Assembly: GCA_963847455.1 (NCBI GenBank) | Contig: CAWKAG010000012.1 | Location: 6,156-70,155 of the forward strand | Direction of reading: 5' to 3' | From: an uncultured Acidimicrobiia bacterium | Lineage (GTDB): Bacteria; Actinomycetota; Acidimicrobiia; Spongiisociales; JAENVV01 | Length of the DNA: 64,000 nucleotides | Shown here: in pieces, positions 37,826-47,036 of the stretch | How positions within the stretch are numbered: the first letter of the stretch is position 1 | Layout of the letters: each line of letters opens with the position of its first letter | Notes under the pieces: generated by a model | What the model saw: only the letters and a program-made list of their open reading frames with translations | What the model was told of the DNA's origin: nothing | Databases searched by the model: none | Program-made: the position numbers and the translations under genes

Positions 37826-40193
37826 CAGGGCTTGACGTCGACGCCGTTGAGAGCCCCCCAGACCCGGTGTGGCAGAACTGGCATATCGATGTTCGTAACA
37901 CCCCTTGACCAGAGCGCATCCACGACTGCGTTGACGTACGCCGCCGGAGACCCGACGGTGGCCGACTCGCCGACACCTTTGGCGCCGATCGGGTGATGCG
38001 GAGAGGGTGTGACCGTTTCGCCCAGCTTGAACTTCGGTGTCTCCCAGGCTGTCGGGACCAGGTAGTCCATGAAGTTCGAACCGATACAGTTCCCATTGTC
38101 GTCGAAGCTAATCCACTGCATGTTTGCTTTGGCAAAGCCCTCCGTGAGCCCACCGGTAGATCTGACCGTCGACGATCATCGGATTGATGCGCACCCCGCA
38201 GTCGTCTACAGCGACCATGTCGACCACTTCCCAGGTCCCGTCCTCCTGGTCGACCTCGACGACGACGATGTAGGTACCGAACGGGTATGTCATGTTGGGC
38301 GGGTCGTAGTAGTGCACACCTTCCAGAGCCGGCTTCCATTCCCTCGGGATGGTTGGTGTAGGCCGCAAACGCGATGTCCTGAATCGTGACGAACGACTCA
38401 GGCGAACCCTTCACGCTGAATTTACCTACTTCCCATTCGAGATCATCCTCCGACGCCTCAAGGAGATGGGCGGCCAGCTTGCGAGCCTTCTCACGTAGCT
38501 TGCGCGCCACCATCGAGGTCGCCGCTCCGCCGACCGGAGTTGACCGGGACGCATAGGTACCAAGGCCGTACGGTGTGTTGTCCGTGTCACCTTCGATGAC
38601 CTTGATGTCGTTGGCCGGGATGCCGAGTTCCTCAGCCACGATCTGGGCAAAGGTCGTTTCGTGACCCTGTCCTTGTGACTTCACGCCGAGCTTGAGGATT
38701 GCTTTACCTGTTGGGTGAATCCGAAGCTCCGCCGAGTCGAACATCTTGAGTCCGACGATGTCGTAGTCCTTCGAAGGCCCAGCACCTACCACTTCGGTGA
38801 ACGAAGCGATGCCGATGCCGATGAGCTTGCCGTTCGGGTCCTGGTTCCGCTGCTTCTCGCGCCAGCCGTCGTAGTCGATCATCTCTTTGGCCAGCGTCAT
38901 GGCACCGTGGTAGTCGCCCGAGTCGTAGACGAATCCGGTGGGAGAGTGATAGGGGAACTGTTCCTTCTTTATGAAGTTGAGTTCCCGGAACTCGGCCGGG
39001 TCCATCCCGATCTCGTGGGCTGCCTTATCGGCGAGACGTTCAATGAGATAGGACGCTTCGGTAACCCGGAACGAACACCGGTACGCTACACCCCCCGGCG
39101 CTTTGTTGGTGAAAGCTCCCTTGGCGGTGACGTGAGCTGCCCCGAAGTCGTATGAACCCGTGCAAATGTGAAACAGGCCAGCCTTGAACTTGGTCGGTTG
39201 GGCATCGGCATAGAACGCGCCTTGATCGGACAGAATCCCGGCACGCATCCCCGTTATCCGGTTGTTCTCATCGAGCGCCAACGATCCAGTCATGTGATAG
39301 TCGCGACCGAACCCGGTGGAGATGATGTTCTCGGATCGGGATTCGACCCACTTGACGGGCTTGCCGATGACGAGCGACGCCGCCGTTGCGACAACGTAAC
39401 CCGGATAGATGGGCACCTTGTTGCCGAATCCGCCACCGATGTCCGGGGATATGATGCGGATTTTCTCCTCGGGGAGACCAGCTACCAGCGCAAACAGCGT
39501 CCGGTGGGCGTGGGGGGCTTGTGACGTCAGGTAGATCGTCACCTGGCCGGTGATCGGATTGACGTCCGAGACGCAACCGCACGTTTCGAGCGGTGAAGGA
39601 TGTGAGCGCGGATAATGGCTTTCCAAGCTGACGACCCGATGGGCGGCTGCGAAAGCGGCGTCGGTGATCGCCGCATCGCCGGCTTCCCAGGTGTACGCGA
39701 CGTTATCGGTTTGGCCTTCCTTTTCGTCGCGAATCAGCGTCTCGGTCAACAGCGACTGTTGGGGAGTGGTGATCGCTTCCAGCTCTTCGTAATCGACAAA
39801 GATCGCGGCCAGGGCGTCCTTGGCGATGTAGGGGTCGGTCGCAATTACGGCGGCAACTTCCTGGCCCTGGTAGCGCACCTTGTCGGTCGCCAGAACCGCC
39901 TGGGTGTCACCCGAAAGCGTGGGCATCCAAGCCAGGTTGTATCCCTCGAGCATGGCCCCGGTCACGACCGCTACGACGCCTTCCATCGCCTCGGCCTCGC
40001 TGGCATCGATTCCCAGGATTCGAGCGTGAGCAACCGGCGATCGGAGGATCGCCATGTGAAGCATGCCCTTGAGGACAATGTCGTCGACGTAATTGCCGGC
40101 ACCTTGGACAAACCGATCGTCTTCTTTTCGAAGTACCGAGTGTCCGACTCCTCCGACTTCAAAAGTTGTGATTGGCTCGTGAGTCGTTGTCAT
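37825..40193 (-). pseudogene. coxL: Aerobic CO dehydrogenase large subunit, form I signature; reading frame broken twice
   Basis: The protein is spread over three ORF-track pieces on the minus strand: 40193-..., 38368-38108 and 38121-37825. It carries the active-site loop GGVAYRCSFR (39066-39086). The frames rejoin as ...PEGMEAG/LEGVHYYDPP... (about 38333-38343) and ...VDGQIY/GGLTEGFAKANMQWISFDD... (about 38151-38158). Confidence 0.9.
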
Positions 40194-40194
40194 A

Positions 40195-40659
40195 TCAGTT
40201 CCCCTCGATTGCTGCGCCGGCGGCCTGGATGGACTTCACGATGTTGGTATAGCCCGTGCACCGGCACAGGTTTCCGCTGATCGCCCACCGGACTTCGTCG
40301 TCGGTAGGGCTCGTGTTCTTCTCCAAGAGCGCCTTTCCCACCAGCATCATCCCCGGGGTGCAGAAGCCGCATTGCAGTCCGTGGTTCTGCTTGAACGACA
40401 CCTGCAATGGGTGTAACTCGCCGTTCTTGAGACCCTCCACGGTCTGCACCTCGTGTCCATCCGCCGAGGCCGCAAACATGGTGCACGACTTGATCGGAGT
40501 TCCATCAAGAAGCACCGTGCACGCTCCGCAGGATGTTGTGTCGCACCCGATGTGGGTGCCAGTCATGCCGAGTTCTGTGCGGATGAAGTCCACCAGAAGC
40601 TTGCGCGGTTCGATGTCGGCCGATTGGGCCGTGCCATTGATCGTGACGGTCACTTTCAT
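40195..40659 (-). CDS. coxS: CO dehydrogenase/xanthine dehydrogenase-family small subunit, (2Fe-2S)-binding
   Basis: [16 protein letters not shown] and [10 protein letters not shown] are the two [2Fe-2S] motifs. Confidence 0.9.
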   Translation of the reverse strand: MKVTVTINGTAQSADIEPRKLLVDFIRTELGMTGTHIGCDTTSCGACTVLLDGTPIKSCTMFAASADGHEVQTVEGLKNGELHPLQVSFKQNHGLQCGFCTPGMMLVGKALLEKNTSPTDDEVRWAISGNLCRCTGYTNIVKSIQAAGAAIEGN

Positions 40660-41534
40660 GACGCACCTCCCTGAGCCTGAGCGAGGGCTTTCGACAGGCC
40701 CCGTTTTGTGTAGGCATTGATGACGGCCCGCTTGTATTCGGCCGGGCCTCGAACGTCACTCTCGGGATCGCAGGCGGCCGCGGCGACGGCGGCAGCTTCG
40801 GCGAATAACTCGAGCGAAGGCGTCTGCCCGATCAGCATTTGTTCTGCCTCGGTGACTTTGAGGTTCTTCGACGCCACTGCGGTCAAGGCGATGCCGGCGC
40901 TGGTGATGGTCCCATCCTTGGCCAGATCCAGGAACGTGGCTACCGCGGCCGTGGCGTAGTCGCCGATCTTTCGTTCGAGTTTGAGGTAAGCCCCTCCAGC
41001 CGAACCGGTTGGCCGGGGGATCCGTACCTCGGTAACCATCTCGCCTTCGGCGAGTGAGTTGGTAAAGAAGTCAACGACGAAGTCGCCGATCGGGATGACC
41101 CGTTGTCCGGACGTCGAACTCGCTACGACGGACGCTCCAACCGCAAGCATTACGGAGTTCCAATCGCCTTCGGGATCGCAATGAGCGATAGATCCGGCGA
41201 CGGTCCCTCGATTGCGGACCAGAGGATCAGCTACCCAGGGCGCCGCGGATGCCATGGTTGGGCTAATCGTTTTGACGTGATCGTTGTCGACCACGTCGGC
41301 GTGTCGAGCCAAGGCGCCAATGGCCAGGTGGCCGTTGTCCGCTCGTACGTAGGCCAGGTCGGTGACGTTGTTGATATCTACAAGGTTGGCTGGCGAGGCG
41401 AGGCGCAGCTTCATCATGGGAATGAGACTTTGCCCTCCTGCCAGAACTCGTCCGTCGTGTCCGAGTTCCTGGAGCTTCGAGAGCGCTTCGTCGAGCGACT
41501 TCGGGGACCAGTACTCGAAGGCGGGGGGATACAT
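40656..41534 (-). CDS. coxM: CO dehydrogenase/xanthine dehydrogenase-family FAD-binding medium subunit
   Basis: ORF 40656-41549, with ATG 41534 preceded by GGAGGAGG. It contains [16 protein letters not shown] and a C-terminal CO-DH flavoprotein domain. It overlaps coxS as ATGA. Confidence 0.9.
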   Translation of the reverse strand: MYPPAFEYWSPKSLDEALSKLQELGHDGRVLAGGQSLIPMMKLRLASPANLVDINNVTDLAYVRADNGHLAIGALARHADVVDNDHVKTISPTMASAAPWVADPLVRNRGTVAGSIAHCDPEGDWNSVMLAVGASVVASSTSGQRVIPIGDFVVDFFTNSLAEGEMVTEVRIPRPTGSAGGAYLKLERKIGDYATAAVATFLDLAKDGTITSAGIALTAVASKNLKVTEAEQMLIGQTPSLELFAEAAAVAAAACDPESDVRGPAEYKRAVINAYTKRGLSKALAQAQGGAS

Positions 41535-41617
41535 ACGCGCCTCCTCCAAAGGTGGTTACCTACGGAAACTACCTGCTTGCGCCATCACGTGGACCAGATA
41601 GCGGGATTCGTTTTCTC

Positions 41618-42085
41618 CTACCCTTCGGCAAGATGAGCAGGAAAGCCACCGCGCGAGATCGGTCCCCATGAATCGATGGTGATTCGGATTAGCACCTTGC
41701 CCTGATCGATCATTGCCTGGCGATATTCGTTCCAATCGGAATGTTCGCCGGAAATGACGCGGAAGTACTCGACCAGCGGTTCGACGGCGGGCCGTCCCCC
41801 AAGGACCTCGGCGATCCCATCGATCTGAACCCACTCACCGCCAAAGTCGTCAGACAGCACACATACCGACACTTGAGGCTCCCGGAGCGCGTTGATTGCC
41901 TTGGCTCGGTGGGGATATGAGGCAATAACGATTCTGCCGTCGACGTCGAGGCCCATGGTCACGGGTGACATCTGGGGGCGGCCCTCAAGGCGAGTCGTCG
42001 ATAGGATCCCGTTATGGCGCGGTCTGATGAAATCGTCTAGGACGGCTCTTGATACCGACCGGTTGGTTGCCACCTGCCGAGCCAT
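41618..42085 (-). CDS. PPOX-class (pyridoxamine 5'-phosphate oxidase-like, probably F420-dependent) protein
   Basis: 155 aa, with ...HNGILSTTRLEGRPQMSPV... and ...GGEWVQIDG..., typical of a split-barrel PPOX family member. Confidence 0.7.
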   Translation of the reverse strand: MARQVATNRSVSRAVLDDFIRPRHNGILSTTRLEGRPQMSPVTMGLDVDGRIVIASYPHRAKAINALREPQVSVCVLSDDFGGEWVQIDGIAEVLGGRPAVEPLVEYFRVISGEHSDWNEYRQAMIDQGKVLIRITIDSWGPISRGGFPAHLAEG

Positions 42086-42468
42086 CAGACGCCCTCACTA
42101 GCCGCGAGTCGGATGCCCATCTCACGTCGAAGAGCGTCGACGGCGTTAGGCGGGCGGATTACAACCTCCAGATCGGTGATCTTGCCGTCCTGGAGCGTGA
42201 TCAGGTCCACACCTTTGAGGGCGAGGTTCCCAATCCGAGCTGTGAACTCGAGAGCCCAGTCGTTTTCGTCGATCCATTGGCGGTGATATTCGAAGTCTTC
42301 GAAAACCCCCATCACAACGGAAAGGATCAACAATGTTATGGATTTGCCAGTCCTGGGCTTCCAATAGGCCGGGGACCGGAACGTGACGTCGTCGGCGAGC
42401 AGGTCGTCAAGGAGGTTGACGTCGCGATCGGTTATGAACTGGTGCCAGCGGTCGAGGGGATTCGTCAT
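42085..42468 (-). CDS. SnoaL-like/NTF2-family protein
   Basis: 127 aa. The N-terminus WHQFITDRDVNLLDDLLADDVTFRSP is a typical NTF2-like pattern. Confidence 0.65.
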   Translation of the reverse strand: MTNPLDRWHQFITDRDVNLLDDLLADDVTFRSPAYWKPRTGKSITLLILSVVMGVFEDFEYHRQWIDENDWALEFTARIGNLALKGVDLITLQDGKITDLEVVIRPPNAVDALRREMGIRLAASEGV

Positions 42469-42477
42469 TGGGTAACC

Positions 42478-43224
42478 CTATAGCCTGGTCGACAGACTGC
42501 CGGCGTTGAGCCGCCACATGTAGAGGCCGATGCCGACCGAGGCTGCCAGATTGATGCTTGAGACGCCCGGCCGCATGGGAAAGGAGATCAGGCGATCTGC
42601 GGCAGCCTTGATGCTTTCAGTCAAGCCGGTTCGCTCGCTTCCGAAAGCCAGGATCGCATCATCGGGAGGGACGAAACCGCTGGCATCGTCGCCGTCGGGA
42701 TCAAAAGCAATCATCGGGCGATCGATCGATGGCAGGGTTGTGACCTGGATCGTTGGCAGGGCGAAGTGCAGTCCCGCCGATCCCCGGATGGCCGCCGGGT
42801 GCCACGGGTCCACGTCGCCGATTGTGACGATGCCGGACGCCCCACCTGCTGCGCAGATCCGGACCGTCGCTCCGATGTTGCCGAGGTGTCTTGGGTCGTC
42901 GAGCAGGACGATCGGAGCGCTTCGGTCAATTCTGGCGAGCTCAATCGGGTTCGACCGGCGAGCGACTGCGGCCAGACCGGTTGGGTGAGGATGACGAAAG
43001 AGTGAGGAAAACGTCTCACCGGATACCGGTTCGGCGGTGTCGAGTACATCGAGCATGTCCGGTGCGACGGTCGCCGCCAGATCTCGGAGTGATCGATCTG
43101 GAGCCTGGATAACAGCGAGAATCTCAGCTCCGAATCGGTGGGCGTGCTTGACGGCGTGAAAGCCCTCCAGGACGACGAGGGACGCGTCCGAACTCGCTCG
43201 CTCAAACCATTCGATCATGGCCAT
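42478..43224 (-). CDS. TrmH/SpoU-family RNA 2'-O-methyltransferase
   Basis: ORF 42478-43410, trimmed to MAMIEWFE... SpoU motifs: LLDDPRHLGNIGATVR, AILAFGSERTGL, ISFPMRPGVSSINLAASVGIGLY. Confidence 0.8.
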   Translation of the reverse strand: MAMIEWFERASSDASLVVLEGFHAVKHAHRFGAEILAVIQAPDRSLRDLAATVAPDMLDVLDTAEPVSGETFSSLFRHPHPTGLAAVARRSNPIELARIDRSAPIVLLDDPRHLGNIGATVRICAAGGASGIVTIGDVDPWHPAAIRGSAGLHFALPTIQVTTLPSIDRPMIAFDPDGDDASGFVPPDDAILAFGSERTGLTESIKAAADRLISFPMRPGVSSINLAASVGIGLYMWRLNAGSLSTRL

Positions 43225-43228
43225 TCGA

Positions 43229-43480
43229 TCATGTAGCGAGGCGGACCGAAGTGAGATGTGCCTCGCGGACCCACACGGGACGTGGTCGGCGCTCGTCGAC
43301 AACGAGGTAGAGGGTGCCCACCGGGTCGTGATCGGGGTCGTCGGCGGCGCCCGGTTGGACCCACCATCCCAACGAGATGACATGGCCGGCGATCGGACCA
43401 TAACCATCACCCGGATCGGCGCTGGTGGTGACGAGTAGGTGTTGGGTGAGCGCTACGGCGAAGTCGGCATGATGTTCCAT
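43229..43480 (-). CDS. Hypothetical small protein
   Basis: 83-aa ORF that exactly fills the gap between the synthetase stop and the trmH start. No family recognised, so support is weak. Confidence 0.3.
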   Translation of the reverse strand: MEHHADFAVALTQHLLVTTSADPGDGYGPIAGHVISLGWWVQPGAADDPDHDPVGTLYLVVDERRPRPVWVREAHLTSVRLAT

Positions 43481-43482
43481 TG

Positions 43483-45375
43483 TTACCCCCGAGGGTATCC
43501 GATCGTGCCGAGCGCTTCGCCGATCTCGTCAAGGATGATTGGATCATCGATCGTGGCCGGGACCGACCACTCGTCGGCGTCGGCCATCTTGCGCATTGTC
43601 GATCGAAGGATCTTTCCCGATCGGGTCTTTGGCAACCGCGCCACAACCGTCGCGTGTTTGAACGAAGCGACCGGGCCGATGCGGGCACGCACCGAGGCGA
43701 TGAGTTCGGCGACGATTTCGGCGTGATCTCGAACGACTCCGGTCTTGAGCACCACAAATCCAACCGGTACTTGGCCTTTGAGGTCGTCGGCCACTCCGAC
43801 AACGGCACACTCGGCGACGTCAGGATGATCCGAGAGGATTTCTTCCATGGCGCCAGTGGACAACCGGTGTCCGGCCACGTTGATAATGTCGTCGATCCGA
43901 CTCATGATCGATAGGTAGCCGTCGGCGTCTTTGAATCCGGCGTCTCCGGTCAGGTAATAGCCAGGGTATCGGGAGAGGTAAGAGGACTCGTATCCAGCAT
44001 CGTTGTTCCAAAGGGTGGGGAGCGTCCCCGGAGGCATTGGCAGGCGGATGACGACTGACCCGATGTCGCCTGCCGGGACGATCGTGCCTTCATCGTCCAC
44101 AACGTCGACGCGATAGCCGGGAACCGGCACCCCGGCCGAGCCGGGTTTGACGGGCAGGAGTCCGAGTCCGAGCGGGTTTCCGGCGACCGGCCACCCCGTT
44201 TCGGTCTGCCACCAATGGTCGAGCACGGGAACGTCGAGCTTGTCGGCTGCCCAGTTCAGTGTGTCAGGATCGCAACGTTCGCCGGCGAGGAAGAGGGCGG
44301 CCAGAGAAGTGATGTCGTAGTTGCCGAGGTAGCTGCCGGTTGGGTCATCCCGCTTAATGGCGCGAAAGGCGGTCGGAGCGGTAAACAGCACTTTGACACG
44401 GTGGTTGTCGATGACCCGCCAGAAGGTACCTGGATCGGGAGTCCCGACCGGCTTTCCCTCGAACAACACCGTCGTGCATCCATGAAGCAGCGGGCCGTAC
44501 ACGATGTAGGAATGGCCGACCACCCAACCAACGTCCGAGGCTGCCCAAAACGTGTCGCCCGGATCGACGCCGTAGAAGTTCTGCATCGACCACTTCAGCG
44601 CCACGGCATGTCCGCCGTTGTCGCGTACGACGCCTTTCGGTACTCCGGTGGTCCCGGATGTATAGAGGATGTAGAGCGGGTCGGTCGCCAGCATGGCAAC
44701 GCACTCGGTCGGCTCGGCTCCCGCGATTGCCTCGGCCCAGGTGAGGTCCCGTCCGTTGATGAGGCTCGCTTCGAGTTCGGGTCGCTGCAGGATGATGCAG
44801 GCCGCCGGTTCGTGGGTCGCTAATTCCAGGGCGTCATCGAGAAGCGGCTTGTACGCGACGGTCCGACCCGGCTCGAGGCCGCATGAGGCGGCGACGATGA
44901 CCGTCGGCCTGGCATCGTCGATGCGGGTGGCAAGTTCTTTTGAGGCAAAACCTCCAAAGACGACCGAATGGATGGCTCCGATCCTGGCGCAAGCCAACAT
45001 CGCGACCACGGCCTCCGGCACCATTGGCATGTAGATGATTACCCGGTCCCCTTTTTCGACGCCCAGCCCTCTCAGGGCTCCTGCGAACTGAGCAACCCGT
45101 TCCAGCAGGTTGGCGTATGTGATGGTCTGGACCTGACCCGTCATCGGACTGTCGTAGATGAGCGCAGCCTGATCGGCTCGTCCCCCGACGACATGGCGGT
45201 CGAGGGCGTTGTAACAGGTGTTCATAACACCACCACTAAACCAGCGATAGAAAGGTTGTCGGGTGTCGTCGAGGACTACCTCATAGGGGATGAACCAGTC
45301 AATGTCTTCCGCAGCTCTCGCCCAGAACGCCGACGGGTCCCTTTGGGATGCTTCGTAGGTCCGTGCGTAAGACAT
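43483..45375 (-). CDS. Acyl-CoA synthetase (acetate/propionate-CoA ligase family)
   Basis: ORF 43483-45396, with ATG 45375 preceded by GGAGGA. It has the AMP-binding motif YTSGTTGVPKGV, an N-terminus PSAFWARAAEDIDW typical of Acs/PrpE, and a C-terminal PKTRSGKILR. Confidence 0.9.
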   Translation of the reverse strand: MSYARTYEASQRDPSAFWARAAEDIDWFIPYEVVLDDTRQPFYRWFSGGVMNTCYNALDRHVVGGRADQAALIYDSPMTGQVQTITYANLLERVAQFAGALRGLGVEKGDRVIIYMPMVPEAVVAMLACARIGAIHSVVFGGFASKELATRIDDARPTVIVAASCGLEPGRTVAYKPLLDDALELATHEPAACIILQRPELEASLINGRDLTWAEAIAGAEPTECVAMLATDPLYILYTSGTTGVPKGVVRDNGGHAVALKWSMQNFYGVDPGDTFWAASDVGWVVGHSYIVYGPLLHGCTTVLFEGKPVGTPDPGTFWRVIDNHRVKVLFTAPTAFRAIKRDDPTGSYLGNYDITSLAALFLAGERCDPDTLNWAADKLDVPVLDHWWQTETGWPVAGNPLGLGLLPVKPGSAGVPVPGYRVDVVDDEGTIVPAGDIGSVVIRLPMPPGTLPTLWNNDAGYESSYLSRYPGYYLTGDAGFKDADGYLSIMSRIDDIINVAGHRLSTGAMEEILSDHPDVAECAVVGVADDLKGQVPVGFVVLKTGVVRDHAEIVAELIASVRARIGPVASFKHATVVARLPKTRSGKILRSTMRKMADADEWSVPATIDDPIILDEIGEALGTIGYPRG

Positions 45376-45443
45376 ACCGTTTCCTCCACGGCCCACGGTA
45401 CCGACTTGTTCGTCGGTCTGCCTTGGACGGTGGCCTTAAATCG

Positions 45444-46262
45444 TTACGGGCAGAGTCCGATATCGGTGATGCCTCGACCGCACATCTCTTGCTGTTCAAT
45501 GCTCTTGAGCGTGAACCCGTCCGATGAAGGCGTGCCGAAGATGTGCAAGCGAATACCGAACAACGCGTCGTCTCCGAGTCCGACGACGTCGATGGTGATT
45601 TCTCCGAGATCGCCCTCCGAGGGAGCGACCGTGACCGTAACGCGGGACGGCGGATCCTCGGACTTGGCTACCTCAGCCACGAGCATGCCGAGTTCGAGCA
45701 TGGTTGCCGCGCTTGGCGTAGTCCCGCCGAAACCGTTCGCTATGTACCGAGCAGTGGCGTCGTCGACAGTCCCGAGGTAGGCCATGAACGATGAGTTCGC
45801 CCATCCGGTTCTGCCGTCAACCACGATCTCGTTCCATATCGACCGGGTCAAGAGGCGGTGCCGTCCCGTTGCGACTATCTGGTCGAAGAGCGGATCGAGC
45901 GTAGCGACGATTGGCTGGTTCGTCCCAGGTCCGGATCGGACGTTCAGTACATCGTCAAAGGCGACGCCGACGACCCCCAGCACGTCACCTTCCGCTGGCC
46001 CAAGGTCGAAGGGCTCGCCTGCCAGCGTCGTACTCGTAGTGGTCGCCGCGATCGTGGTGGTGGTCGTAGTTGTCGTGGCGACGGTTGTTGAGGTCAATGG
46101 CTCTGGGATCGTCGTCGTACCCACCGACGTCGCTGGGGATAGAGGTGTCGATGTGGTCGTCGATTCGATCCCAGGGGTCGGCGTGACGGTTGTGGATGGC
46201 GACGCATCTGAGCAGGCGAAGGCCGTAAAAGTGAGTACGGCAAGCACGGTGGTTCGATACAT
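45444..46262 (-). CDS. Secreted/lipoprotein-type protein with Thr-rich linker and SH3b-like domain
   Basis: The signal reads MYRTTVLAVLTFTAFACSD. It is followed by a poly-Thr tract and then VLNVRSGPGTNQPIVATL...VVDGRTGWANSSFMAYL, a bacterial SH3 pattern. The RBS GGAGGG is present. Confidence 0.6.
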   Translation of the reverse strand: MYRTTVLAVLTFTAFACSDASPSTTVTPTPGIESTTTSTPLSPATSVGTTTIPEPLTSTTVATTTTTTTTIAATTTSTTLAGEPFDLGPAEGDVLGVVGVAFDDVLNVRSGPGTNQPIVATLDPLFDQIVATGRHRLLTRSIWNEIVVDGRTGWANSSFMAYLGTVDDATARYIANGFGGTTPSAATMLELGMLVAEVAKSEDPPSRVTVTVAPSEGDLGEITIDVVGLGDDALFGIRLHIFGTPSSDGFTLKSIEQQEMCGRGITDIGLCP

Positions 46263-46364
46263 AAGTCGCCCTCCTGGTGGACGCTTCTATCTAGTTCCTA
46301 ACCCGGAGCGTACGCCCTGAACGTGGGTTATTCAGGCGATTCGATTGCCATCTTCTTCGAGGTG

Positions 46365-46387
46365 TGTAATGATGTAATACATATTAC
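46365..46387 (+). promoter_or_regulatory. AT-rich repeat/palindrome upstream of 46406 gene (candidate operator or -10 region)
   Basis: TGTAAT-ga-TGTAAT-aca-TATTAC, which includes the perfect palindrome GTAATA-ca-TATTAC (46374-46387). It lies 19 nt upstream of the ATG and just before the RBS GAAGGAG. Confidence 0.35.
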
Positions 46388-46405
46388 GACTTCGAAGGAG
46401 CAGCA

Positions 46406-46894
46406 ATGAACGACGTAAAAGCCTGGTTTGTTGGACGACTTCCTGAGGACTGGTTCGAAGACTTCACGATTACCGGTGATCGCGACGAGATCGTGGTGAT
46501 GGGTCGTTTGGCGCCGCCGGCGGCAGGCGATCTCGACGGTGATCAGATGGCCGTCGCCGAACGCAGCCGGATTGATGGATTCCGTGAAGACACGCGATCG
46601 CAACGCATGAAGATCGCCGATCAAGCCCAGCGGACCTTTGAGCGGAAGGTCTCCTGGGGCGCGAGTTGTGGTGACACTCAGGTGCTCTTCACTCACCTGG
46701 CCGTTCCGGCCATGACGAGGCTCCGGCTCAAAGAGCGGGCGTTGCTCGATACGCTCATTGACGGCGGCGTGGCACGGAGTCGCAGCGAGGCTCTGGCCTG
46801 GTGTGTACAGCTCGTCGGTCAGCACGAAGCCGATTGGCTGGCAGATCTTCGTGAGGCATTGGCGAACGTAGAGGCAGTCCGCGACCGCCAATAG
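46406..46894 (+). CDS. Hypothetical protein with C-terminal ribbon-helix-helix-like domain
   Basis: 162 aa. The C-terminal MTRLRLKERALLDTLIDGGVARSRSEALAWCVQLV shows a strand-helix-helix pattern. The N-terminal about 100 aa is unassigned. Confidence 0.6.
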   Translation: MNDVKAWFVGRLPEDWFEDFTITGDRDEIVVMGRLAPPAAGDLDGDQMAVAERSRIDGFREDTRSQRMKIADQAQRTFERKVSWGASCGDTQVLFTHLAVPAMTRLRLKERALLDTLIDGGVARSRSEALAWCVQLVGQHEADWLADLREALANVEAVRDRQ

Positions 46895-47006
46895 CCGGAC
46901 GAGTGTGCATCCAGGTCGAGTATTCCGAACCGTAAGCACACTCGTTTCCAACGCCCGGACGAGTGTGCATCCAGGTCGAGTATTCCGAACCGTAAGCACA
47001 CTCGTT
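46895..47006 (+). repeat. Tandem pair of identical 47-nt hairpin-ended intergenic elements (46899-46945, 46959-47005)
   Basis: Two identical copies of acgagtgtgcatccaggtcgagtattccgaaccgtaagcacactcgt, each preceded by ccgg, with a 60-nt period. The terminal 10-bp inverted repeat is the same as at 18343-18461. The array starts 5 nt after the stop at 46894 and ends 31 nt before ATG 47037. Confidence 0.9.
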
Positions 47007-47036
47007 CAGGAAATGGGGGTGGGGTAGTCTCGGACC

